A stretch of DNA of 64,000 bases, taken from an uncultured delta proteobacterium. Its GTDB lineage: Bacteria > Desulfobacterota > Binatia > UBA9968. The stretch lies in the NCBI GenBank assembly GCA_963727625.1, contig CAVSHR010000009.1, positions 224,001-288,000 on the forward strand, read 5' to 3'. Positions 41,605-51,798 of the stretch are shown here, piece after piece; within the stretch, counting starts at the first letter, position 1; each line of letters starts with the position of its first letter. Under the pieces are notes generated by a model. That model saw only the letters and a list, made by a program, of their open reading frames with translations, made no database searches and was not told where the DNA came from. The translations under genes and the position numbers were made by a program.

Positions 41605-43566
41605 ATGCCCGAGCTGTTTGAAAACCATATACCCATGAACGGTCTTGACGAGGAAGGTGCCCTGCGCCGGCTTCTCGAAGGAACCGCCGGCGAAACGGGC
41701 GAACGCTTTTTCGCCGCATTGGTGGAAAACCTTGCCAAAATCCTCAATACCGATGGCGCTTGGGTCACTGAATACTTGCCTGAATTCAGGCGACTTAGAG
41801 CCCTCGCTTTCTGGATGGACGGAGGCTGGATCAAGGACTATAAAGTTGACATAACCGGGTCACCCTGCGAGCAAGTCATAGACTCCGCGCGATTAGTACA
41901 TTTTCCGGACCGGCTCCTGCAACTGTTCCCGGAGCGAGCTGAGGTGCAAGAACGCGGTCTGATAAGTTACATGGGCATGCCTCTGCTGGACAACGACCAG
42001 AAGATCTTGGGACATCTTGCGGTGGTCGACCGGCAACCGATGCCGCTGGAACCGCGCGTGCTGGCGCTGTTTGGTATTTTTGCCGCGCGAGCGGCCGCCG
42101 AATTGCGGCGCATACGCGCCCAGGCCCAGGTGCGTGAGCGTGAAGAAAAACTTCGCGGGCTCTTCGAAAGCGCCATGGATGCCATCGTCGAGTTCGATGC
42201 CAACCTTAATGTCACGCGCATGAACCCTTCTGCGGAGGAATCTTTTCACTGCCCGGCCGACGATGCAATCGGAAAGAGCTGCAATCGGTTCCTTACCGAC
42301 CAAAGTCGCCAACGACTCAAGCGACTGGTCGATGAAATCGCCGACAGGCGTTTCGGAGCCCGGTCGTTGTGGATCGCCGGCGGGCTTCAAGCATTGGCCG
42401 CCAACGGCAAGGAGTTCGCTGCCGAAGCAACTCTCTCGCGAGCGGAGATGCAAGGCGAGGTGTTTCACACCTTGATCTTGAGAAACGTCAATGAGCGCTT
42501 GGCAGCCGAGCAAAAAATTTATTCGCTCAAAGCCGAGACCGAATATTTGCGTGAAACCATCAGCTCCCTCGGCGGGTTCGATCGGATTATCGGTCAAAGC
42601 GCAGCTCTGAAAGCGGTCTTGCAAGATGTCGCCCAAGTCGCGGTGACCGATACGACGGTGTTGATTCTCGGCGAGACGGGCACCGGTAAAGAATTGATTG
42701 CCCGGACGATTCATAATGAAAGCCGCAGAGCGAATCGACCCTTGATCACGATCAACTGCGCGGCCATTCCCGCCGCGCTCATGGAAAGCGAGTTTTTCGG
42801 TCATGAAAAAGGAGCGTTTACGGGCGCGACTCAAAGACGGGAGGGGCGATTCGCGTTAGCCGATGAAGGGACGATCTTTCTCGATGAGATAGGCGAGCTA
42901 TCGCTCGACCTGCAAGCCAAGCTTTTGCGGGTTTTACAGGAAGGCGAGTTCACGCCCGTTGGCAGTTCGCAAGTTCGCAAAGTCGATGTGAGGGTAATTG
43001 CCGCCACGAATCGCCGCCTCGATCAGGCGGTACGGGATGGAAAGTTTAGAGAAGATCTTTATTATCGACTCAATGTATTTCCCGTTGATCTTCCCCCCTT
43101 GAGGGACCGACGTGAGGATATCGCGCCGCTTGCTATCGCATTCGTCAAAGCGATCGCTCAACGCCTGGGACGACAAGTCGAGCCGCTTTCGGCCGAATCT
43201 CAACAGCGACTGATGGCCTACGGCTGGCCGGGCAACGTCCGGGAATTGAGGAACGTCATCGAGCGGGCGGTCATTACCTCACGAGACGGTCATCTAAACC
43301 TGGACAGAGCCTTGCCCGACGGCGGCTCAGCAATCAGCAGCGACACAGAGCCAGCAAGCCCGACCCGCCGGAAATCGTCCACAGGCATTGTGCAAGTCCA
43401 CGAACTTCAAGAACTGGAACGCACCAACATCGTGCGGGCTCTGGAAGCATCGGGTTGGCGCGTGGCAGGTCGAACCGGCGCCGCCGCGCTTTTGGGCATC
43501 AATCCTTCGACACTAAACTCGCGCATGCGCGCGCTGAAGATTCAAAGGCTAAAAAACCCCGATTGA
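41605..43566 (+). CDS. Sigma-54-dependent activator (GAF-PAS-AAA+-Fis HTH)
   Basis: [39 protein letters not shown]-terminal HTH. Confidence 0.95.
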   Translation: MPELFENHIPMNGLDEEGALRRLLEGTAGETGERFFAALVENLAKILNTDGAWVTEYLPEFRRLRALAFWMDGGWIKDYKVDITGSPCEQVIDSARLVHFPDRLLQLFPERAEVQERGLISYMGMPLLDNDQKILGHLAVVDRQPMPLEPRVLALFGIFAARAAAELRRIRAQAQVREREEKLRGLFESAMDAIVEFDANLNVTRMNPSAEESFHCPADDAIGKSCNRFLTDQSRQRLKRLVDEIADRRFGARSLWIAGGLQALAANGKEFAAEATLSRAEMQGEVFHTLILRNVNERLAAEQKIYSLKAETEYLRETISSLGGFDRIIGQSAALKAVLQDVAQVAVTDTTVLILGETGTGKELIARTIHNESRRANRPLITINCAAIPAALMESEFFGHEKGAFTGATQRREGRFALADEGTIFLDEIGELSLDLQAKLLRVLQEGEFTPVGSSQVRKVDVRVIAATNRRLDQAVRDGKFREDLYYRLNVFPVDLPPLRDRREDIAPLAIAFVKAIAQRLGRQVEPLSAESQQRLMAYGWPGNVRELRNVIERAVITSRDGHLNLDRALPDGGSAISSDTEPASPTRRKSSTGIVQVHELQELERTNIVRALEASGWRVAGRTGAAALLGINPSTLNSRMRALKIQRLKNPD

Positions 43567-43685
43567 TGAGAGGTGAGCGGTCGTTTTTGGAGTTCGAAGT
43601 CTGATCGCAAAGTGACAGGACCGAATTCTGCCTGAAACGTCAGCCACCTTGACCCTATCGCAACCCATTCGCGACGCCTAAGTCA

Positions 43686-45638
43686 ATGCCATCTTTGGAA
43701 ACCCAAGACACCCTCACTGAACATCCCCTGCAGGACGCTGACGAGGGAGCGGTGCTGCGTCAAATCCTTGAGGGTACCGCGCGAGAAACCGGAGAAGGTT
43801 TCTTTGCGGCGTTGGTTGAGAACCTTGCCAAAGCCCTCGAGACCTACGGGGCTTGGGTGACCATCTGGCATGGAGAGAAGCGCCTGCGAGCGGTGGCGTT
43901 CTGGCTAGGCGGGCAATTCGTCTCGGATTACGAGTACGATTTGGCCGGCACGCCCTGCGAGCCCGTATTCAAAGATTGCCGCTTGGTTCATGTTGCCGAC
44001 CGTGTCGTTGATTTGTATCCGAACGATCCCGACCTCGGTCCCATGGGCGCCGTCAGTTATATGGGGGTGCCTCTGTTAGACCTTGACGGTCAGATCCTCG
44101 GCCACCTGGCCGTCCTCGACACGCGGCCGATGCCCCGGGAACCGCGATTGCTGGCGCTGTTTCGGATTTTTGCGGCGCGCGCCGCGGCTGAGCTGCAGCG
44201 GCTGCGCGCCGAGCAGCGGCTACAAGAGCGCGAGGAGAAACTGCGACGGCTATTCGACAGCGCCATGGATGCGATCATCGAGTTCGACCAGGAGCTCAAA
44301 ACCACGCGCATCAACCCCGCGGCTGAAAAAGCCTTCAACTGTACCGCTCTGGAACTTCAGGGCGGAAAATTCACCGACCTCCTATCCGAGAAGAGCCGCA
44401 AAAAAATCTTGGATCTTATGGGCGAACTTGCTGCAGCACGAGACGGCCGCCGCTCCCTATGGATCGCCGGCGGCCTTGAAGCGGTGCCGGTCAAAGCAAC
44501 CGCTTTTCCGGCGGAAGCAACGCTGTCGCGTTTCGAGATTGAGCGCCAAGCTTTTTATACCGTCATTCTTAGAAACGTGAACGACCGGCTGGAAGCCGAA
44601 AGAAAAATCCATTCCCTCACGGCTGAAGCGGAGTATTTGCGCGATAGCGTCAAAGCACTGGGAGGATTCGATCAGATTATCGGCCAGAGTGCAGCGCTCA
44701 AAGAAGTCCTTCGCGATGTCAATCAAGTGGCCGGCACCGATACCACCGTGCTGATCCTCGGCGAAACAGGAACCGGCAAAGAATTAATCGCGCGAGCGAT
44801 TCACGCGGCAAGCCGGCGCCAAAACAGGCCCTTGATCACGGTCAATTGCGCCGCTATCCCGGCCGCGCTCATGGAAAGCGAATTTTTCGGCCATGAAAAG
44901 GGCGCCTTCACCGGCGCCACTCAGAGACGCGAGGGCTGTTTTGCCCTGGCTGACCATGGGACAATTTTTCTCGACGAAATAGGCGAGTTATCGCTGGATC
45001 TCCAAGCGAAACTTTTGCGCGTGCTCCAGGAAGGCGAATTCACACCGGTGGGTGCCTCGCAGCTTCGAAAAGTAGATGTAAGAGTAATCGCCGCCACCAA
45101 TCGGGATCTCAACGGCGCCATGCGCGAGGGTACGTTTCGTGAGGATCTTTATTACCGGCTCGACGTATTTCCGATCAGTGTTCCGCCGTTACGGAAACGG
45201 CGCGAGGACATTCCGCTTCTGGCGTCCGAGTTCGCCGCCAAATTCGCCAGGCGTCTAGGCAAGCAGTTGCAGTCTCTCTCCGAGGAACACCGGCAACGGT
45301 TGATGGCCTACTCATGGCCCGGCAACGTTCGTGAATTACAAAACGTGATTGAACGCGCCGTGATTACCGCGCAAGATGGCCGCCTGAACCTGGAACGCGC
45401 ATTACCGGTGAACGATCTGGCACCGACAAACGCGTTCGAAACCCCTTCTCAACCGTCGCCACCCGGCATTTTGAAGCTTCGGGAATTGCAAGCAATCGAG
45501 CGCGAGAACATTCTACGCGCACTGGAAGCCAGCAACTGGCGTGTTGCCGGAAAAGACGGCGCCGCCGCGTTGCTCCGCATGAACCCCTCGACATTGAATT
45601 CTCGCATGAGAGCGCTCAAAATCGAGCGGCCAAGATAA
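43686..45638 (+). CDS. Sigma-54-dependent activator (GAF-PAS-AAA+-Fis HTH), tandem paralog
   Basis: Same architecture and motifs as 41605..43566 along its whole length. Confidence 0.95.
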   Translation: MPSLETQDTLTEHPLQDADEGAVLRQILEGTARETGEGFFAALVENLAKALETYGAWVTIWHGEKRLRAVAFWLGGQFVSDYEYDLAGTPCEPVFKDCRLVHVADRVVDLYPNDPDLGPMGAVSYMGVPLLDLDGQILGHLAVLDTRPMPREPRLLALFRIFAARAAAELQRLRAEQRLQEREEKLRRLFDSAMDAIIEFDQELKTTRINPAAEKAFNCTALELQGGKFTDLLSEKSRKKILDLMGELAAARDGRRSLWIAGGLEAVPVKATAFPAEATLSRFEIERQAFYTVILRNVNDRLEAERKIHSLTAEAEYLRDSVKALGGFDQIIGQSAALKEVLRDVNQVAGTDTTVLILGETGTGKELIARAIHAASRRQNRPLITVNCAAIPAALMESEFFGHEKGAFTGATQRREGCFALADHGTIFLDEIGELSLDLQAKLLRVLQEGEFTPVGASQLRKVDVRVIAATNRDLNGAMREGTFREDLYYRLDVFPISVPPLRKRREDIPLLASEFAAKFARRLGKQLQSLSEEHRQRLMAYSWPGNVRELQNVIERAVITAQDGRLNLERALPVNDLAPTNAFETPSQPSPPGILKLRELQAIERENILRALEASNWRVAGKDGAAALLRMNPSTLNSRMRALKIERPR

Positions 45639-45666
45639 ATTCTCGATCGCAGCAGCGCTATCCTCG

Positions 45667-45720
45667 CTCGTGGGATCTCGCAACTTCAGTTGTTAGATTT
45701 CGCGAGTCACGAAATCTCAC
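45667..45720. promoter_or_regulatory. Probable upstream activator sequences
   Basis: Inverted repeat AGATTTCGCG-AGT-CACGAAATCT (45695-45717) plus related ATCTCGC unit, 70-120 bp upstream of a sigma-54 promoter. Confidence 0.55.
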
Positions 45721-45790
45721 CACGGATCCAATCCTCCACATAACCTGCTAAGCCCTCAATTTAGAGCGAGAAACTCCCTTTTTAGCGAAG

Positions 45791-45806
45791 TGGCACACAA
45801 GCTGCA
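45791..45806 (+). promoter_or_regulatory. Sigma-54 (-24/-12) promoter
   Basis: TGGCACACAAGCTGCA: invariant GG and GC at correct spacing. Confidence 0.75.
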
Positions 45807-45849
45807 ATTGCAAGCTTGCAACACATTCACCGAAAGGGAGGGAAAGAAA

Positions 45850-46761
45850 ATGCAACACAATTATTCATACCAATCGGCACTGGCGGCTTCCGAGAGGATC
45901 GGCTGGAAGATCGAAGATCTGATCGGCGGCGAAAAGAAACTGGATTTCAATAAGCCCTTCATGCCGGAGTCCTTGGCCCAAGTGAAACAGCTTTCGTTTC
46001 TCACACCGGAGGAACAGCTCACGTTGAATCATATTCGCGGCCATGAATATCTTGCCATGTTTGGCTTGGTGGAAGAGTTTATTCTACCCTACGTCGTCAA
46101 CCATGCCCGGCCCAAGCTCTCAGGCGACGACTACCGGGTGCGGGCCCTACTCCAGTTCGCAGGTGAAGAGGCCAAGCATATCCACCTGTTCAAGCGCTTC
46201 CGCCAGCATTTCGAAGCCGGCTTCGGCAGCAAGTGCGAGTTCATTGGCCCGGCTGAGGACGTGAGAAATTTCGTCTTGTCGCACAGCCCTCTGGGGGCAG
46301 GGGTCGCCATCCTGCATATCGAGTGGATCACGCTGCGCCACTATATCGAGGGCGTGCGCGACAACCAGGACCTTGACCCGCAGTTTAAGTCCTTGCTCAA
46401 AAGTCACTGGTTGGAAGAATCCCAGCACACCAAACTGGATACCTTGATGGTGGAAGAAATCGTAAGCCATTCGACTTCGCAAGAGATCGACCAGGCTTTC
46501 AAGGAATACGGCGAGATTGGTGCTTTTCTAGACCAGGGGATCCAGCAGCAGGCCGAGTTTGATGTCGAGAGCTTCGTGCAGGCGACCGGGCGAAACCTTT
46601 CCAAAAGCCAGCGCGATGAGATGACTCGGGCGGTGCTCAAGGGCATGCGCTGGACCTATCTCGGCACCGGGATGACTCATCCAAACTTCCTCGCCACCGT
46701 AGAGACAATCAAGCCCGAGGCCCGGGAGCAGATCGAACAGATGGCCCCGGCGTTCTGCTGA
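45850..46761 (+). CDS. Ferritin-like di-iron protein (AurF-like oxygenase)
   Basis: E...EEAKH and E...EESQH paired EXXH motifs; RBS GGAGG. Confidence 0.75.
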   Translation: MQHNYSYQSALAASERIGWKIEDLIGGEKKLDFNKPFMPESLAQVKQLSFLTPEEQLTLNHIRGHEYLAMFGLVEEFILPYVVNHARPKLSGDDYRVRALLQFAGEEAKHIHLFKRFRQHFEAGFGSKCEFIGPAEDVRNFVLSHSPLGAGVAILHIEWITLRHYIEGVRDNQDLDPQFKSLLKSHWLEESQHTKLDTLMVEEIVSHSTSQEIDQAFKEYGEIGAFLDQGIQQQAEFDVESFVQATGRNLSKSQRDEMTRAVLKGMRWTYLGTGMTHPNFLATVETIKPEAREQIEQMAPAFC

Positions 46762-46835
46762 GTCGAGGCATCCCTTGAGACCCAAGAGCTGGTCTGCTGA
46801 ACAACAGCCCGGCTCTTGGGTCGAGGAGAGCGGCT

Positions 46836-47480
46836 ATGGAAATGACCATCAAAATTGTGACGGCATCGAATGCAGATCGCGCCATCAATACGATCCTACA
46901 AGCATTCAGCGCCGATCCCGCGGCACGGTGGCTGTATCCGGATTCGCGGCATTATCTACATTATTTTCCGAGCTTCATCAAAGCATTTGCCGGGGCGGCC
47001 TTCGAGCACGCTAGCGCCTTTTGTGTCGACGATTACTCAGGTGCGGCGCTCTGGCTTTCGCCGGGGATCCATCCTGATGAAAAAACGTTGGAAGCGCTGT
47101 TACAAGGGAGCATTTCTGAGCGGGATCAAGAAGCTGTGTTTGCGCTTTTCGAACGGATGGAGCAATACCATCCCGCCGAGCCCCACTGGTATTTGCCCAT
47201 GATCGGCGTCGATCCTGCAAAACAAGGCGCTGGCTACGGCTCGGCTTTACTGAAGCATGCCCTTGAGCGCTGCGACGCCGACAACAAGCTCGCTTACCTA
47301 GAATCGTCGAGCCCGAAGAATATCCCGCTCTATAAACGTTTCGGGTTTGAACTGCTCGGCACGATTCAAGTCGGCTCCTCGCCGCCTCTGTTTCCGATGT
47401 CGAGAAAACCGCGCCTTGTTACAGCACACAAAAATAGTGGCTTTGCCGCGCTTGGAGACTACCAAGCAGGTAGAACCTGA
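46836..47480 (+). CDS. GNAT N-acetyltransferase
   Basis: HWYLPMIGVDP..QG.GYGSALL, AYLESS...N..LY.RFGF. Confidence 0.92.
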   Translation: MEMTIKIVTASNADRAINTILQAFSADPAARWLYPDSRHYLHYFPSFIKAFAGAAFEHASAFCVDDYSGAALWLSPGIHPDEKTLEALLQGSISERDQEAVFALFERMEQYHPAEPHWYLPMIGVDPAKQGAGYGSALLKHALERCDADNKLAYLESSSPKNIPLYKRFGFELLGTIQVGSSPPLFPMSRKPRLVTAHKNSGFAALGDYQAGRT

Positions 47481-47634
47481 TGCGAAAGGAGTCCGGATAT
47501 GGCTGGGGGAGAATTCTTGTTGTTAGCGCTGGCGATCCTCTATTTCGTGGTCCCTGACGGACATTCTTCGAAAGAGCGCCGCAATGCACGGGTTGGAAAG
47601 CAAAACTGGCGAAATTTCTAGCAGGAGGAAACTC

Positions 47635-48486
47635 ATGGCTGCAACCTGTCCGGTTGGCTTTGACGTTGCTCGGTTGAGACAACTTATTCGCGCCGAATAC
47701 GACCGCGTCGCGCGCGACCCAGAAGGCGATTTTCATTTTCATCGGGGTCCGGAGTACGCGTGCCGGATGCTCGGCTACGACCCGCTCGAGCTGGCATCGA
47801 TTCCCGCCGAGTCGGCTGCGTCATTTGCCGGCGTCGGAAATCCTCATCGCATCGGGCCCATTGGGCCTGGGGAGACCGTCGTCGACGTCGGCTGCGGCGC
47901 GGGCATGGACTTGCTCCTGGCAGCCCGCCACACCGCCCCAAGCGGCCACGCCATCGGCGTGGATATGACGCCGTCCATGCTCGAACTCGTGCGGCGGTCG
48001 GCGCTAAAAACCGGCCTCTGGGAAAACGTCGAAGTTCGCAGGGGGTTCGCTGAAGAGTTGCCGGTAGAGACCGAGACCGTGGATGTCGTCATCTCCAACG
48101 GCGTCCTCAATTTATCGCCTGACAAGCTCGGTGCTTTTGGTGAAATCTACCGGGTGCTGCGGCCCGGAGGGCGTCTCTATCTCGCCGATGTTGTCGTTCA
48201 AAGGGAACTGTCCCTGGCGGCACGAAGCGATATAGACCTCTGGGCGGCATGAATCGGTGGGGCCCTGCCGGAGGCAGAGCTCTTGCAGGTTACGGCGCAA
48301 ATTGGTTTCGTCGACGGCGCTGTTGTCGAGCGGTTCGACTGTTACGAGGGAACATCCGCCAAAGACAAACTATCCAAGGACCTTTATGTTCAGGGCGTAA
48401 ACTTTTGCGCGCAAAAACCAACGCGACATCCGGTGAAGCCCAAACCAGCTACATCGACAATGCCGCGGTCCAGCATCGATGGATAA
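47635..48486 (+). CDS. ArsM-like SAM methyltransferase, probable selenoprotein (UGA 48250-48252 read as Sec206)
   Basis: VDVGCGAGMD, DVVISNGVLNL; WAA-UGA-IGGAL sits where ArsM-like proteins have W..CIAGAL; frame stays open for 77 more codons. Confidence 0.82.
48260..48282 (+). promoter_or_regulatory. Bacterial SECIS-like hairpin
   Basis: GGGCCCTGCC-GGA-GGCAGAGCTC stem-loop; G-containing apical loop 18 nt after the UGA. Confidence 0.7.
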
Positions 48487-49339
48487 CTTGCGGCCGACAG
48501 CGATGCTGACGGCGCCGTTAACGCTCCTCGCGCTCTTTGCTTTCGCCGCCAATTCAATCTTTGCTCGGCTTGCGTTGGGCGAGCCGAGCATCGATCCCTC
48601 GAGTTACACCGCAGTGCGTTTGCTCACGGGCGCGCTGACGTTATGGCTGATCGCCCGCTACCGGCGGGCCGATACGTCGGTAGTATCTCAGAGCAGCTGG
48701 GCTTCCGCGGCCATGCTCTTTCTGTACGCCGCGACGTTCTCGGTTGCCTACATCAGCTTGACCACTGGCACGGGCGCGTTGATCCTCTTCGCCGCGGTGC
48801 AGATCACCATGATCGCGGTCGGCCTGTATGCCGGCGAACGACCCTCGGTGCTCCACTGGTCGGGGCTGCTGATCGCCGTCGCCGGTTTGATCTATTTGGT
48901 CTCCCCCGGCCTCTCCGCCCCCTCTGCGGCCGGTTCGCTGCTGATGGGAACCGCGGGCGTCGCCTGGGGCGTCTACTCCATCCTCGGCCGCCGCGTGACC
49001 GACCCGGTACAGGCTACGGCGGGAAATTTTCTCAAAACGGTTCCCTTGACTTTGGTTATTCTAATAATTGCGTCTTCCTCGATCATGATCACAGCTCAGG
49101 GTTTTCTTTGGGCTGCCTTGTCCGGCTCGATAACCTCGGCGGTCGGCTATGTAATCTGGTACGCCGCCTTGCCCCGCTTGACGGCAACCCTAGCCGCGAC
49201 GGTACAGCTTTTGGTCCCGGCGCTCGCTGCGCTCGGCGGGGTTTTGTTATTATCGGAGCGGATGACTCTGCGGTTAGTCCTCTCGGGCGCGATCATTCTC
49301 ACCGGGGTCGGGCTGGCGATCGGCAGCCGGAGAAAATAA
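48479..49339 (+). CDS. EamA/DMT family transporter
   Basis: About 10 TM segments; AFAANS, GTGALILF, GYVIWY..LP.L. Confidence 0.9.
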   Translation: MDNLRPTAMLTAPLTLLALFAFAANSIFARLALGEPSIDPSSYTAVRLLTGALTLWLIARYRRADTSVVSQSSWASAAMLFLYAATFSVAYISLTTGTGALILFAAVQITMIAVGLYAGERPSVLHWSGLLIAVAGLIYLVSPGLSAPSAAGSLLMGTAGVAWGVYSILGRRVTDPVQATAGNFLKTVPLTLVILIIASSSIMITAQGFLWAALSGSITSAVGYVIWYAALPRLTATLAATVQLLVPALAALGGVLLLSERMTLRLVLSGAIILTGVGLAIGSRRK

Positions 49340-49382
49340 CTTCGCTCGTGAAGCTATTGGGAATTTCTTAAACCGGAATTTC

Positions 49383-49814
49383 TCATCCGAGGCCAACGAC
49401 GATCATTCCCATGCCTACCATGCAAATCAATTGAATGGAGAAGAAGATAAACCTCAGGGCCGTCGCGAAATTGGTGGGAGTGAAGCCGATGTGCACGGTC
49501 GTCTGGCATACTCGCGCAACGAGCATGACACTCGCCAGCCAATCCAGCGCGGCGCTACGGACGCCGGTGGCGACGATGGCCACCACCACCGCGGTGTAAA
49601 GCGGCAGGTTCTCCAGGCAGTTGGCATGGGCACGCATAGCGCGCCTGTACCAGTCGCTCCCTTGCGGCTCGTCCGCGCGAAAATCTTTGATCTCGGCTCG
49701 GCGGGTGAGAATCCTGCTCCAGCGGTACCAGCCGATGGTTCCAAGGAGCGTGAGCACCGTCCAACCTGCAAATCCGAGTAAAACCCAAACCGGGATGGTC
49801 ATGGCGTCCTGCAT
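49383..49814 (-). CDS. MAPEG family protein
   Basis: RAMRAHANCLENLP motif, four TM helices; start uncertain. Confidence 0.88.
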   Translation of the reverse strand: MQDAMTIPVWVLLGFAGWTVLTLLGTIGWYRWSRILTRRAEIKDFRADEPQGSDWYRRAMRAHANCLENLPLYTAVVVAIVATGVRSAALDWLASVMLVARVCQTTVHIGFTPTNFATALRFIFFSIQLICMVGMGMIVVGLG

Positions 49815-49947
49815 GGGCCTAAGCCTATCCAAATCTCGGCGCCGAGGCCAACTGGATAATCACTGCCGTATCTTGACGGCGCCGCTCCACAGTTGATAGC
49901 TAGTTGATGATTTTTTCGGTTTGCGCTGCCCGTCAATGGAGGTGAGT

Positions 49948-50595
49948 ATGGAAAGCCGGGAATTCGCCAAGTCGATCGAGAAGCAAGTCGCCGAATTCTG
50001 CAAAAACCTAGACGCGAAGTTGCCGGCCTATAGCTTTATCCCGCTCACCACCGACGAGAAGCGCATCAAAGTGATGCAGAGCCGCTTGTTCAATGAAATC
50101 CGCGCCGGAGAAATTTTCGGCGGCTGGCTCAAGAGTACGCCCGAGCTCGACGTCAAGAAAACCCTCGCCGAAGCGACCCACGAAGAATACGTCCATGCCG
50201 GCTTTCTCGAAGCAGCGTTGCGCGGCAAAGGCGCCACGCCCTACGACTACCGGCCGCTGCCCGCGCAGATGGCCATGTTCAACTCATTTGAAGGATTGAC
50301 CGACACCGTCGAGCGCATCGCGGCGTTTCCCATGGCGGGCGAGGGCGTCGCCGATTATTTAATAGCCAAAAGTCTAAAGGCCGGCACGGTGCCAAGCTGG
50401 GTCACCGATCCATACAAGCGCATTCATGAAGACGAAGAGGAGCACGGCAACTACCCGTTCGAAATTCTGGTCAAATACGCGACCACCGGAGAGCGACAAG
50501 AGCGCGCCGCCCGCGCCGTCGCAATGAGCCTGGCGCTGCGCCGCGCTTACTTCGACAATCTCGATCGCTGGGTGCTCGAAAACCAAATCTATTAG
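49948..50595 (+). CDS. Ferritin-like domain protein
   Basis: E...EEYVH and E...DEEEH di-iron pattern; RBS GGAGGT. Confidence 0.75.
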   Translation: MESREFAKSIEKQVAEFCKNLDAKLPAYSFIPLTTDEKRIKVMQSRLFNEIRAGEIFGGWLKSTPELDVKKTLAEATHEEYVHAGFLEAALRGKGATPYDYRPLPAQMAMFNSFEGLTDTVERIAAFPMAGEGVADYLIAKSLKAGTVPSWVTDPYKRIHEDEEEHGNYPFEILVKYATTGERQERAARAVAMSLALRRAYFDNLDRWVLENQIY

Positions 50596-50753
50596 GCGTT
50601 GCACTCGGTTTTATTCGCCCAACGAGCATCTGTTTGTCTGAGTCCTCTGGCTTCGATGTGAATCACCCGCGTGCGGTCGGCCACCGCTCGCCCCAGGCTA
50701 AACTTTTTCTTGCTCAAAAGACCAGGTTTGCGTAGTCTTGAACTTGCAAGTCC

Positions 50754-51743
50754 ATGCCAAGGAACGATCAGATTACGCGTCAATGGCAGCTTCTGCGACA
50801 ACTTGAAGGTTCGCCGGGACGAAGCCTTCAAGAGCTTGTCGACAACATCCCGGACGATTACCCGAAAAACGCCCGCACGGTGCGGCGCGATCTGGAAGCG
50901 CTGGAAGCCGTCGGTTTCCCGCTCGTGACCGAGCGGCGCCACGGCCAAACTCGCTGGCGTCTGATGGAAGGCTTCCGCGATATTCTCGCGCTCGGCTTTT
51001 CCGCCACCGAGCTGATGGCGCTGCTTCTCAGCCGTAATCTCTTGAAGCCGCTCGAAGGCACCGAAATCGCCGCGTCCCTCAACTCCGCGCTCGGTAAAGC
51101 TTCGCTGCGCTGCCGCCACAGGGGCACGAGTATGTTCGGGCGATGGAGCAGATGTTTTCCGTCGGCATCGGTGCACATAAAAGCTATCGCGAGCACCGCC
51201 AAACCATCGATCTCATCTCCCAAGCCATCGACAAACGGTGTACCGCGCAAATGCGCTACTTCTCGGCTTCACGAAACGGCACCGCCCGGCGCGAGGTCGA
51301 TCCCTACTTTCCTCCGGTTCGCGGGCGGCGGCCTATATCTCATCGGCCACTGTCACTTGCGCAAAGAAGTGCGCATGTTCGCCGTCGAACGCATCCGCAC
51401 GATCGCGCTCACCGATCATCCCTATCAAATTCCTCTCGATTTCAAGGTCGACGACTACGTTCAGGACGCGCTCGGCGTCATGCGCAGCGGGCGCCGCATC
51501 GAAGTCGAGCTGCTTTTCTCCAAAAAAGCCGCCGCCTGGGTCAAAGATAAAACTTGGCATCCGAGCCAGCAGGTCAAGCTGCTGAAGGACGGCCGATTGA
51601 AAATGACCTTGAAAGTCGCCGACAACGAAGAGCTGGTTGGCTGGGTTTTGAGCTTTGGCGGCGAGGCGCGCGTTGTCCAACCCGAGGCGCTCCGACAAAA
51701 AGTCAGGGAAGAAGCTAAACATATACTCGGTTCCAAACTGTAG
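50754..51743 (+). CDS. WYL-domain transcriptional regulator (wHTH-WYL-WCX) with two compensating frameshifts
   Basis: RTVRRDLEALE HTH; LYLIGHC...RMFAVERI; true middle segment (YFSASR...REVDPY) lies in another frame between about 51105 and 51308. Confidence 0.85.
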   Translation: MPRNDQITRQWQLLRQLEGSPGRSLQELVDNIPDDYPKNARTVRRDLEALEAVGFPLVTERRHGQTRWRLMEGFRDILALGFSATELMALLLSRNLLKPLEGTEIAASLNSALGKASLRCRHRGTSMFGRWSRCFPSASVHIKAIASTAKPSISSPKPSTNGVPRKCATSRLHETAPPGARSIPTFLRFAGGGLYLIGHCHLRKEVRMFAVERIRTIALTDHPYQIPLDFKVDDYVQDALGVMRSGRRIEVELLFSKKAAAWVKDKTWHPSQQVKLLKDGRLKMTLKVADNEELVGWVLSFGGEARVVQPEALRQKVREEAKHILGSKL

Positions 51744-51773
51744 TTTGTTTTCGACTCCCGGCCACGGGCGATT

Positions 51774-51789
51774 ACATCAATATTGATGT
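51774..51789. promoter_or_regulatory. Perfect 16-bp palindrome, probable antitoxin operator
   Basis: ACATCAATATTGATGT, 10 bp upstream of the toxin ATG. Confidence 0.7.
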
Positions 51790-51798
51790 TGCCGTTGT

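Noticed and set aside
45790-45849. N-terminal extension of the di-iron ORF from GTG 45790
   Set aside because: It overlaps the sigma-54 promoter; the RBS points to ATG 45850.
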